Assembly: GCA_023920165.1 (NCBI GenBank)
Contig: CP089277.1
Location: forward strand, 4,340,001-4,404,000
Reading direction: 5' to 3'
From: Curvularia clavata
Lineage: Eukaryota
Length of the DNA: 64,000 bases
The position numbers and the translations under genes are program-made. Below are positions 45,546-55,466 of the stretch, piece after piece. The notes under the pieces were generated by a model. It was not told the origin of the DNA, did no database searches, and saw nothing but the letters and a program-made list of their open reading frames with translations. Every line of letters begins with the position of its first letter. The first letter of the stretch is position 1.

Positions 45546-48500
45546 CTACCTGCGGCCATCGTCAAGGAGAGATCCTTCTTTGTTACTTGTAACATTATCC
45601 CCCCTCTTAGGGTTATCGTCCCGATACCCTGGATTATCGTTTTCCCGTGCGTCGCTTGGCGCTGGTGGCTTGGATAAGTATCGAGGTATGCCCGTTGTGT
45701 CGTAGGCGCTTCTTCCTCCATGCCTTCCTAACCATGCCCAAGGTTCAACCAACTCGTCGTGTCCGTAACCAGAATTCGACTCTTCAGCGTCGGGCCCGCG
45801 CTGACCGTATAAGGGAACAAGGCCGCGAGATGACTTTTCGGTGTAAACGTTGTGAAGAGAAGAATCTTCGTTGTTTCGTGGACACAGCATCTGGTCGCTG
45901 CGCTGGTTGTATTTCGGTTTCCGCTGAGTGTAGCCTTTTTGTTTCTGAGGAAGAGTGGGAGAAGGTCGAGGCTGAGAAGCGGCAAAAGCGTCTCGAGATT
46001 GCTCGTGCTGAGGAGCGCCAGCTTCAGGCTGCGATGGAGACTGCGCGACTTCGGCGCGAGCTCCTAGAGGTTGAGGCGCGAGAGCGAGAATTTGCTGATC
46101 GAGATCATGCCATCTTGAGCCTTCAGGATCGTGCGCAAGAGCAGGCCGAGGGGAGCTCCGCCCCTGGTACGGACCATCCGACAACCGAACCATCGCTACC
46201 CGGACTGTCGACTGACTTGGGCTGGTTACAGGCTGACGTTTCTTACGACCCTTTTTCACTTGATTATTTCCTTTCCCTCGAGGGTCCGTCCCTCGCTTCC
46301 GTGGATGTTTCCGATGGTACTCGCGTACCAGTGACCTGCAGTTCGTCAAGTTTCCTTCAGGTTCCCAAGTGTTGTGGCTATCTGGCCATCCTTCCCACCT
46401 GACCAAGTACTTCCACTGACCGCCTATTTTCTGTAGGTCCTTGATTTCTTCGACCGTATATTCGTCGTCCTCGAGCTCGATATCGTCCATTAGCTCGGCT
46501 TCTGGGGGTGCAGGTTCTAGCAGTTTCTTGTGAAAAACGTTGTGTATGCGCATGCCTGGTGGTAGCCGTAGTTTATAGTTTACGGGTCCCATTTTCTCTA
46601 GGATTTCGAATGGTCCTAATCGGAGATTGTCCAATTTCTTGCTTGGTCGTTTAGTTTTCAAGTTTTGTCGTGACAAGAAAACTCTGTCCCCCTTTTTAAA
46701 GGTTGGTCCCTCAATCCTTAGCTTATTCGCAGCTTTGGACGTCGTGAGGTTCCTATGAGCGATGTTCCTGCTCAATTCTTTATGCAATTCGCGCATTAGT
46801 CGGGCTTTATCGTCTGCTCCGACTGCGATACTTTCAATATCCTTTGGATCTCGATGAGCAACCGGCTCATATCCGTAGTTCGCGTAGTGTGGCGAGTACT
46901 TCGTTGTCGCCGATCTTGAACTATTGTAAGCCAATTGTGCTGTCGGCAAGAGTTCAACCCAGTTGTCCTGCAGCTTGTTGGCGTAAAATCGCAGATACTG
47001 TTCTAGCGTTTGGTTTGTTCGTTCCGTTTGTCCGTCGGTTTCTGGGTGGAAGCTAGTCGATAGCTTCTTCTTAACTCCCAGTTTTGCTAAGAACGTTGAC
47101 CAGTATTTCGATGTGAACAGCTTATCTCTGTCCGTTATGAATTCTTCGGGCATCCCGTGCTCTGATATTAGTGCTTTGGAAACTTCGTACGCGCATTCCT
47201 CTGCCGTAATTGTTTCTTCTGTGGGCACAAACTTTGCCCCTTTGGTCTGTCGACACATTATGACCAAAATGGTGTCGCAGAGTCGAGCCGATCCTGGCTC
47301 TAACGATTTCGGGAGCTTCACTATGAAGTCCATCGTTACGCTGCTCCATGGTCGCGTTGGTGGCGGTAAGGGTTGTAACAGGCCATAGGGCTTATGTCTT
47401 TTGGGCTTGTTCTGGTGACATGCCACACAGTTGCCTACAACTTCCTGCACCTGCGCCCTCAAGCGCGGCATATAAAACGCCTTATTCAGTCGCCTGACCA
47501 TTTCGTCGATGCTTGCATGTCCGTATTCTCGTGACTCATGCAGTTCTTTGATGAGATCTTTTCTCATGTGCGTGGGTACGTAGGGTCGACTCTCGTTCCG
47601 CGGCTCACCTTTGTTCTGTAGCCCGTTGAGTTCCTTTTGTCCGTCCAATGGTACCCATTCATTCGCTTTTTGTTGCCATTGCTGTTGCAACGTTTCCACT
47701 TGCTCGGCTATCTTGGCTAATCTAGCCAGATCCGGCTGGTTGTACCTCAAGCTGCCGTCGGGCATTCTCTTGAGTACTGCGTCGTGTGGCTCTTTGTGGC
47801 CTTTTCCGCGTAAATCGGATCTTCGGCTCAGAGCATCCGCGGCTCCGTTGAGCGATCCTGCTCGATGCGTGATTTTGAAGTCAAACTGAGCTAACATCTC
47901 AGCATATCGGACTTGTCTTCGGTTGAGTTTCTTCGTTGTCATAAAACTCGTGAGGTTCTGATGATCGGTAAAAACCTCGATCGTGTGTGGAAGTCCTAAC
48001 AGGTATACTTCCCATTGTTCAAAGGCATCGACTACTCCAAGTAGTTCCTTATCGTGAACATCGTAGTTCAACTCTGCTTCGTCGAACTTTCTGGAATGGT
48101 AGAACACGGGTCTCCATTTCCCATCTGGGCACTGCTGTGACAATACAGCTCCGAGTGCGTAATCAGACGCGTCAGTCTCGAGTCTGGTTGGTCGTTGAGG
48201 ATCGTACATCTCTAGTACGGGTGCCTCTAGGAACGTCTGCTTGAGCTTGTCGAAAGCTTTCTGTTGTTCCTGTTTCCATCTGAAACCTACTTCCTTCTTC
48301 GTGATCTCCGTAAGGGGTGCTGTGATCTTCGAATAATCTTTTATGAACTTCCGGTAGTAGTTCGCTAGCCCTAGGAAGGACTGAACATCCTTAACTGTTT
48401 TGGGCGTTTTCCAATCCCGTACAGCCTGTACCTTTTTTGGGTTCATTTTCACTCCTTCGGTCGAGATGATGAATCCGAGGAATTCCGTTTCCTGCGTGTG

Positions 48501-49856
48501 GAATTCGCATTTCCCTGGCTGCAGATATAGCTTGTATTCCTTGAGCTTTCTGAGCACTTTCTTGACATGTTCGATGTGTTCTTCGAGCGTTCCCTTGGAG
48601 TACACTAGTACATCGTCCAAGTAAGCTGTTGCGAAGACACCAAGGTATTCGTGGAGAGCGTTGTTGATGACTGATTGAAAGGTCGCCGGCGCATTCGTTA
48701 GGCCGAACGGCATGACCGTATACTCGAACAGTCCATACTTCGTCTTGAACGCTGTTTTCCATTCGTCTCCTTCCTTGATCCTGATCCGATAAAATCCTTC
48801 TCGGACATCGAACTTCGTGAACCACTTGGCTCCCTGGAGTCGATCCATGAGCTCTGTTATGAGTGGTAGTGGGTACCGATTCTTTCGGGTTACCGCGTTC
48901 AACCTTCGGTAATCGACACATAGTCGCCATTTTCCGTTAGGTTTCTTTACGAACAATATGGGTGAGGCCATCGGGCCTGACCCCGGTCTGATGAATCCTT
49001 TCTTAAGATTCTTCCGGAGGTATTCCTTGAGCTCGGCGTCGTGCTCGGGCGATATAGGATACATGCCTCCTGGCGTCAACTTTGCTCCATCCTCGAGGAT
49101 GATCTCGTGATCCCAATCCTGATGTTCTGCTAAGTCTGTTGCCTCGTTTTCTTCGAATAGTTCCTTGAACTCATTCGTTCTGTATTCTTTAGGAATGTCC
49201 AACAATACGTCTTTGGGCTTTTCCTGGGGTAAGGGTCTGTCCTTCTTGGGCACGACTCGTCTTAACCAAATGACTCCTACTTGCTGAGGGTCCTTCGCAT
49301 AGATTCTCGCGATCTTATGCGGTGAGATCTTGCCGAATCTCCCATCCCGGGTTGTGCACTGATTCGTCGGGCGTATCTCATGTCGTACTCCAGCAACCCT
49401 TTTCGCAGGTTCTCGGCTGAGTATCGTTCTGTTTCGCCAGTCGATGGCGGGGTTATGGGCATCCAGCCAGTCATAACCGATCAATAGATCCGTTTCTCCT
49501 AGATCCATAATGCTAATGCTCATTTGACTCTTGGTATCGGACACCTCCAGTGTCACCAGTTCTGTCTCGAGCCTTATCGTGCCTTTGCCGTATGCTACGG
49601 GCGTTTCTTCGGCCGATATTACCTGTAGCGGACGCTTCTTGCTCCGGTATGGTATTTCGTACTTCTCTACCACTCGGGGTGAGATCATTGTTCGTGCGGC
49701 ACCGCTGTCTACGATTGCCTGTAATTTGTGTCCCTGTACATACACGGTCGTTACCAATTCCTTTGGGCGATCATCGGTGTAATGTACTCGTCTTAGGGTC
49801 GTTTTAGGACTGCCTTTACCAGCGTGACCCTGTCCCTGGTGGCATCCTAGTTTTTT
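45546..49856 (-). CDS. Pol polyprotein (PR-RT-RNaseH-IN-chromodomain plus long C-terminal extension), expressed by -1 frameshift
   Basis: VDSGA, YLDD, ETDASD, HPETDGQTER and chromodomain YLVRWEGWPDSHNTWEP. A slippery A AAA AAC at 49850-49856 sits just before the gag stop. Confidence 0.93.
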   Translation of the reverse strand, partial: KKLGCHQGQGHAGKGSPKTTLRRVHYTDDRPKELVTTVYVQGHKLQAIVDSGAARTMISPRVVEKYEIPYRSKKRPLQVISAEETPVAYGKGTIRLETELVTLEVSDTKSQMSISIMDLGETDLLIGYDWLDAHNPAIDWRNRTILSREPAKRVAGVRHEIRPTNQCTTRDGRFGKISPHKIARIYAKDPQQVGVIWLRRVVPKKDRPLPQEKPKDVLLDIPKEYRTNEFKELFEENEATDLAEHQDWDHEIILEDGAKLTPGGMYPISPEHDAELKEYLRKNLKKGFIRPGSGPMASPILFVKKPNGKWRLCVDYRRLNAVTRKNRYPLPLITELMDRLQGAKWFTKFDVREGFYRIRIKEGDEWKTAFKTKYGLFEYTVMPFGLTNAPATFQSVINNALHEYLGVFATAYLDDVLVYSKGTLEEHIEHVKKVLRKLKEYKLYLQPGKCEFHTQETEFLGFIISTEGVKMNPKKVQAVRDWKTPKTVKDVQSFLGLANYYRKFIKDYSKITAPLTEITKKEVGFRWKQEQQKAFDKLKQTFLEAPVLEMYDPQRPTRLETDASDYALGAVLSQQCPDGKWRPVFYHSRKFDEAELNYDVHDKELLGVVDAFEQWEVYLLGLPHTIEVFTDHQNLTSFMTTKKLNRRQVRYAEMLAQFDFKITHRAGSLNGAADALSRRSDLRGKGHKEPHDAVLKRMPDGSLRYNQPDLARLAKIAEQVETLQQQWQQKANEWVPLDGQKELNGLQNKGEPRNESRPYVPTHMRKDLIKELHESREYGHASIDEMVRRLNKAFYMPRLRAQVQEVVGNCVACHQNKPKRHKPYGLLQPLPPPTRPWSSVTMDFIVKLPKSLEPGSARLCDTILVIMCRQTKGAKFVPTEETITAEECAYEVSKALISEHGMPEEFITDRDKLFTSKYWSTFLAKLGVKKKLSTSFHPETDGQTERTNQTLEQYLRFYANKLQDNWVELLPTAQLAYNSSRSATTKYSPHYANYGYEPVAHRDPKDIESIAVGADDKARLMRELHKELSRNIAHRNLTTSKAANKLRIEGPTFKKGDRVFLSRQNLKTKRPSKKLDNLRLGPFEILEKMGPVNYKLRLPPGMRIHNVFHKKLLEPAPPEAELMDDIELEDDEYTVEEIKDLQKIGGQWKYLVRWEGWPDSHNTWEPEGNLTNCRSLVREYHRKHPRKRGTDPRGKGNNQVKKGRKKRQPVTSPSQSTVRVAMVRLSDGPYQGRSSPRPALAHDPEGSRWHDLDQQILALAPQPLGARAEVAQSPSQPEAGAPQHEQSRDAFAASQPRPSPTLPQKQKGYTQRKPKYNQRSDQMLCPRNNEDSSLHNVYTEKSSRGLVPLYGQRGPDAEESNSGYGHDELVEPWAWLGRHGGRSAYDTTGIPRYLSKPPAPSDARENDNPGYRDDNPKRGDNVTSNKEGSLLDDGRR
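45734..46402 (+). CDS. Antisense accessory ORF in LTR element 1: Zn(II)2Cys6-like cluster plus coiled coil
   Basis: ATG at 45734. CKRCEEKNLRCFVDTASGRCAGCISVSAEC gives C-x2-C-x6-C-x8-C-x2-C-x6-C, followed by an E/R-rich heptad region. Confidence 0.7.
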   Translation: MPKVQPTRRVRNQNSTLQRRARADRIREQGREMTFRCKRCEEKNLRCFVDTASGRCAGCISVSAECSLFVSEEEWEKVEAEKRQKRLEIARAEERQLQAAMETARLRRELLEVEAREREFADRDHAILSLQDRAQEQAEGSSAPGTDHPTTEPSLPGLSTDLGWLQADVSYDPFSLDYFLSLEGPSLASVDVSDGTRVPVTCSSSSFLQVPKCCGYLAILPT

Positions 49857-51937
49857 GACGGTCCCCTGGACCCAAGCTTCTTTCCCTTTCTTTTCCGCGG
49901 AAAGTAGCCATGGTTCTGTTTTGCGTCCAGGTGGATTCTGCAGTTGTCGTCTGTGCAGAAGGTCCAGTGTTCGTTTGGGTGGGGGATCATTTCTTCCAGC
50001 GTCTCTGGCAGGTTGATCTCCTTTGTCCCGTGCATCCTGCACTTGATCGTCCGGCATTCCTTAGCCGCGATCGTGCCGTGCAGATGGTGATCTGCATGTC
50101 TTGCCGCGATTCTCTGTTCTCGGTGGAATCGGCATTTCTCTATGCAGTTGATCCAGCAGAGCTGCTCGTGAGCTCGTTGATGTTCTTCCTTGTGGATGTG
50201 GCAATCCAGCATGGGGCAGTCGTTTGCCCATAGATGCTTGTGATTAGGATCATGCTCGTCCAACTTGCATTGTTCTTTAGCATCTGAGTGGAACATACAA
50301 AACCTCCTTTTGCATTCGTTCCAGGCGATCATTTCGTGATCGTCGTGTTGCTTCCATGGTGCGTGGATGGTGCAATCCAATACCTTGCATGCTTCACTTC
50401 TTAAGTGTGCGTGGCAACATTCTTCTGCGTCGTACTGGGACAGTCTCGATTCTTCGGCATGGAACTCGCAGTAGTCTATACTGTCGCATTCGATCCAGTG
50501 CAGCTTTCTATGTTCGTCTTCGCGGTCGTTTTCTGGTTCCGGTAGCTCGTCCTTAAAGTACGGTTGTTCCTGGGCTGCCTGGGCAAGTACTTCCCTGGCC
50601 ATCGGCCCTGTGACTGCAATTCTTCTTCCTCGAAGTGGGCAGCCATTGCCGTGGTGTGCTGGGTCTCCGCACATCCAGCATAAGTTTTGTGCGATCCGAC
50701 GCTGGGCATCTGTGTCCTTCACGATCCAGTCGGATGGCTGTGGTGGTTCCCATTTCATGTGTTTGTCCGCTCTGACGAGCTCCGGGACAATCACATAATC
50801 CGTGTTCTCAGCTAGACGTGCTTCGTCGTAGAGGTCTAGATCGCTGAGGTCGTCGTCGGAGGGTAGTGTAGATGGCTGTGACTTCAGCATCCTGATCTTT
50901 ACTACTGCCTGCTTGACTTCGTTCTTCGGGCAGTCTCTGCGGAAGTGTCCTACTTCGCCGCATCGGAGACATGCTTTGTTGTCATAACGCTTCTGGCGTT
51001 CTTCCTTGGAAAGGCCGTCCTGGCCCTTTCCTCGGGGTTTCTTGTCTCTGGTCTTTTCTTGTACTTTTCCCGTCATGATTGTATCGCCGTCCTTGTCTCG
51101 GTTGTTGCGTTGTTTCTTGGTGTTAGCCATGTTGGGTCGAAATTGCCGTTTCTTTTGTTCGTTTCGTTCCCAGATCCTATTGTCGATTCGCGTGGCCAGC
51201 TCAATCAGAGCTTGTAACGTTTCTGGCTTATCATGGTGTACTAGACCGTCTTTGACAATTTCCTTCAGACCGTCTTCGAATACCGTTCGAAGAGCTGCGT
51301 CGTCCCAATCAATTCGCGCTTGTAGCTGCTTAAACTCAGCTGTGTAAGCCGAAACGGACGTGGTCTGCTTCAGGCGTGTGATCGCTTTCTCTGCTTGGTT
51401 CTTGGCGTCGACCTCTCCGAAGACACGTCCCATTTCATCCTTGAAGTTGTTCCAACTTGCGAATAGGGCCTTGGTTTCTTCCTTGGTCCCTTTGGTCTTT
51501 ATTGACGATAGGTAGTCCTCCACATATGGTTGGACCCAGTTAGCCGCTTTTCCTTTCATATGCGTACTGGCCATGAGGATCTTTTCCTGATCACTAGGTA
51601 CCTCGTTGAATTCGCAGTATAGGTCGATGGTGGTGAGGAACGTTCGTAGGTCGTTACGGTTTCCGTCATACTTTTCGGGAGTTGCCATCTTAGGTTTCTT
51701 GACAACCTTTTCGTTTGGCGTAGCCATCAGCTGACTCATAAGCTGATTAACCATATTCTGCATTTCGATCATCTGCTGTGCCTGAGCCTGGTGCTCGCGT
51801 CTGAGATTGGCAAGTTCCCACTCAGGAGTCCCTGGGGCATGCTCGTTGCCCACTCCCTGGGTGCTTCCGGCCATGTTGATGTCCTGTGCGGGAGCCGGTC
51901 CCTGGACGTTGACATACTCGTTGGAGTTGCGTGACAT
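49847..51937 (-). CDS. Gag with CCHC knuckles and a His/Cys repeat tail
   Basis: Retrotrans_gag-like core (LKQTTSVSAYTAEF), CLRCGEVGHFRRDC, CWMCGDPAHHGNGC, then repeated H-x7-C-x3-5-C-x2-H. Confidence 0.92.
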   Translation of the reverse strand: MSRNSNEYVNVQGPAPAQDINMAGSTQGVGNEHAPGTPEWELANLRREHQAQAQQMIEMQNMVNQLMSQLMATPNEKVVKKPKMATPEKYDGNRNDLRTFLTTIDLYCEFNEVPSDQEKILMASTHMKGKAANWVQPYVEDYLSSIKTKGTKEETKALFASWNNFKDEMGRVFGEVDAKNQAEKAITRLKQTTSVSAYTAEFKQLQARIDWDDAALRTVFEDGLKEIVKDGLVHHDKPETLQALIELATRIDNRIWERNEQKKRQFRPNMANTKKQRNNRDKDGDTIMTGKVQEKTRDKKPRGKGQDGLSKEERQKRYDNKACLRCGEVGHFRRDCPKNEVKQAVVKIRMLKSQPSTLPSDDDLSDLDLYDEARLAENTDYVIVPELVRADKHMKWEPPQPSDWIVKDTDAQRRIAQNLCWMCGDPAHHGNGCPLRGRRIAVTGPMAREVLAQAAQEQPYFKDELPEPENDREDEHRKLHWIECDSIDYCEFHAEESRLSQYDAEECCHAHLRSEACKVLDCTIHAPWKQHDDHEMIAWNECKRRFCMFHSDAKEQCKLDEHDPNHKHLWANDCPMLDCHIHKEEHQRAHEQLCWINCIEKCRFHREQRIAARHADHHLHGTIAAKECRTIKCRMHGTKEINLPETLEEMIPHPNEHWTFCTDDNCRIHLDAKQNHGYFPRKRKGKKLGSRGPSKN

Positions 51938-53027
51938 GGTGATATCTCAATCGGACGCTTGGTGTTAAACCGCTTACCGAATCCGTGGGTGGTCAAAGTG
52001 TTACACGGGGTCCTACTGGTTAGTTGGGAATATACTTACCTAGCCTAGATTCCGGGTTAGGGCGAGGCCAGTTTCTATGAAGTATACCGTGAGGTAGTTG
52101 TCTGGCGATTCGGTGGTAGGGATTAACGGAAGATAGACAAAACCAATCCTATTGGAAGATAGAATAACTAGTATCAATCTGAGTATGAAAGGTAACTATG
52201 AAAGATACTTTGCTGAGTTGACCACAACGAGTGTAATAATGAAATCCAACACATTCTTATACCCATTGCTTCCGGTCCTGTCCTCACTGTCCTCACGGAA
52301 TAACCCCTGTGTTCTCTGAAGTCCCTGAAGTCACTTTGGTCACGTGTGAGCGTGTCCTCACATACTAGCGTGGTTTCCCGGTCTTGGCCTGAGGCCAGTC
52401 ATGTGATCGCCCTTCCGCGGGGATCATTACCTTCTGACGTGTCGCCCAATGGTCTCCTACCTGCGGCCATCGTCAAGGAGAGATCCTTCTTTGTTACTTG
52501 TAACATATAAGTCTAGCTAGAGATACGCTAGTTATAGGCGTTATTATATGTTCTGCGCCGAACTTTTAGGATAATTACTATATAACAATGCGACAAGAAT
52601 ATAGGACTGTTTAAAGGATGAAGTTTTAATAGAATATATCCTATTCGTCTAGCTAGTTAGTATAGTTACTTTTATTAGATAATGGATTCATTGGCTAACT
52701 AAGATAGACAGGGAAGAGTACATATATGTTAGCTATCCGGGTGGCTGGGCCCAGCCACCTGAGTTTTTCCCTTATACATCTTTTAATAACTTTGATAATC
52801 CCACGTCGTGGCTGAGGGCGACTGTGGCTGTGGCGATACAATAAGCCAAGTGAAAACGCTTTTTAAGCCCCTTCTAGAGCTGCAAGGCTAAATAAGTTGT
52901 CTATCCTACTTTATAGCTTATATAGTTTTAATATGAGTAGCTCTTTCAATACAAATAACGTTAGTTTTACTTTATAGTCACTCTTTATTAAAATATGGCT
53001 TTGTAATAGCTCTTCCAAATCTGCTTA

Positions 53028-53700
53028 CTAGGCATGCCTGTTTAACAACCACTTCACAAGCTTAGCTATCGGCCCGCCGTTTAGCCTCTATTCGCAAGAC
53101 CTACTACCCGCGTGCTGGAAGAGTCCTGAAAGCTTCGAAAACGTAGTGTCGCATTCTGGACACCTAAATAGATAAACCGCGCTATCGTACTCTTCCTCCA
53201 AATTATAATAGCGAAGGAGGTCGTCACGGTACTCCTCGTCGAGGAACTTCTGCCACTAATAGCACATTGCAGCTGACTCGTTCAAGTCAAGAACATCAAT
53301 ACCAGACGTACACGTCCCAGACTCTAGATGAATTATCATCCCAAAATAAGTAGTAAAGGATCGAGTATAACTATAGCATTCGACAGAACGCTCTAGGTGC
53401 ACCAGCTTGTGCTACTAACTATTCGTTAGAGCAAGGAATGAATCAGGGTACGTACAGAACGTTCAAAAACAGTAATACCTACATGTCGCAGATTGCTGAG
53501 GCTATCAAAGTGACGCTCGCATATCGTACACACATTATCATCCCTTAAATGGTCCTTGTACGCTTGGCTATCCGGTATCCACCACCCACTATCGTTACAA
53601 CCGTCGCACATAACCCTATCATATATCCCCAGCGGAACTAGGGTCAAAATCGACCCAAGTTCCCAATTTCTTGGCGAGTTTACTGATGCTAGTTCTGCAG
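53028..53700 (-). pseudogene. C2H2 zinc-finger protein pseudogene
   Basis: CTICERHFDSLSNLRH | HKLVH…MIIHLESGTC…FRCPECDTTFSKLSGLFQHAGSRSC, with an intron and in-frame TAG stops. The 5' end is uncertain. Confidence 0.65.
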
Positions 53701-54700
53701 AATCAAGAGTGAGTGCAGAACTAGCATCGGAACAGTATTCAAAATATATGCAACTTCTATCACAGATGCAAAAAACCCGTGCCAGTTCAACAAACTACTT
53801 TTCATGATTATAAGATAACTGTAGCGCGAGATATTTGATGAAATGTGATGAAGAGTTGGTGTTCGCTGATGTGGCCCGTGCCCTAGGGTAGGGTAGGGTT
53901 AGGGCTTAACCCCAAGTTAACCCCAACCCCAGAATTAGGGTTTTTGTAACGGCGCGAGCAAGACTAGTCGAATCGGTTCCGGTGGGAAGTGTCACTCAAA
54001 TGCATATGGAAGTGCGTGGGACAGCAGAAACACCTTGGATTCGGTAGACACTCATAGGCCTGGTACGAAAGGATATCAAAAATCTACCGAACATCTATGG
54101 AAGGTACCTGGTACTTATACCTGGGTGCGGGTCTTCATCGGGTCTGACCCGGCTCTCAATCGGATCTTGATAAGCTGCCCTGGCTGGGGTATGTTTTGGT
54201 CTATGCATGGTTACATTACCCCCCCTCCCGGTAGACAGCTGGTCCCACAGCTGTCTGTTCCGGTTGTCATTCTTCTTCCCTGCACCATGGGGTCCCTCGT
54301 TCCTGATTTCCCCCAGATTTTCCCCACACTGCGCCACTTCGGGCAATAGGATGCTCCGGTTCCGGTGTGGCTCCCGTGGCCGTGCATGTCCTTCACTTGA
54401 GCCTCTGTGCCTGAGCCTCAGTGACCATTCCGGTACTCACGTGGCGCTGCTGCCTTGCTGCCTGGCCGCTAGGCCGTTTGCCTTCACCTGCCAGACAGGC
54501 CTGGACGCTTCGATCGGAGCTCCGAGTCGCCGGCGATTCGTTTGTAGTCAGGGTCCAACGGCTATCCAGGTCACGTGTGCCAAGACTGTTTGCTCCCCCA
54601 GTGTGTATATCAACAACAACACAGTGTCGCCGCCGAGTTTTCTCCTCCACGCTTCTCAATCAAAACAAGTCAATTACAACTCAACGCACTCGTTTTCGCT

Positions 54701-55368
54701 ATGCCTCTTCGTTGTCCGCCCGGTGCGCTGCCGGATGCGTATCGCTTCATCTGTCTGCGAGCTGTCCGCGCCTTGGCGCGCCGTCAGTTCGACATTGCTT
54801 ACGCCTACCCGTCCGATTCCTCCAAGAAGTGTCTTTATTGCACCCAGCAGAAGGAGAAGTGCGATCCTGTAAGTTTGCTTCTCTTTTCCTTCACTGTTTG
54901 CAGCTTGGCTAACCCGGATAGGTTCCCGAGTACGTCTTCGAGGAGTTTCACGATTTGATCGATGCCATCGAGTTGTGTGCCATCGCTCGGTATGGCCCTG
55001 CAGTTGATGCCGATACGGAGGTATTGCTTGATCGAATCGCTGCCGCCGCTTTGGACATCGCCCGCAAGGTCCAAGTTGTCAGGTCCCAGGAGAAGGAGCT
55101 TTCAGTCAATCAGCTCCTCGTCGCCCAGAACCAGGTCCTGAGGGACATCCGAGACAGCATCTCGGAGTTGGTCGATACAGTCAATGGCATGGAAAGGCGC
55201 CTTTCGCGTCTTGAGGCCAGGTCGGCTCGGGGTGGCGCCCGGGTCGGCCCTCGGGTCGAGGAGTCGGAGGAATGGTCTGGTTTGTCCTCCTCCTCAGAGG
55301 AGGACAAGGGTGCGGTTGACCAGGAGATGGCCGACGCTGAGCAGGAGCGCTCTGATGTTGAACTTTGA
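54701..55368 (+). CDS. Antisense, intron-containing accessory gene in LTR element 2 (partial Cys cluster plus coiled coil); exons 54701-54868, 54922-55368
   Basis: MPLRCPPG…ICLRA…KKCLYCTQQKEKCDP|VPEYVFEEF…. A canonical intron (GTAAGT…GCTAAC…TAG, 54869-54921) joins the frames to give 204 aa. Confidence 0.7.
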
Positions 55369-55466
55369 GTGAGGTGACATTTTGGGGGTTTGTTGGTGGT
55401 TGTGGGGTTCGGGTCCGAGTTTCCTTTGTTACTGATACCCAATGAAGTTTCTGTTTTTCCTTTTCT

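Larger units (their letters stand above)
45088..52505 (-). mobile_element. Full-length Ty3/gypsy chromovirus LTR retrotransposon 1
   Basis: 507-bp LTRs at 45088-45594 and 51999-52505 (TG…CA, identical by eye), 5-bp TSD TATAA, PPT at 45595-45610, intact gag and pol. Confidence 0.97.
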
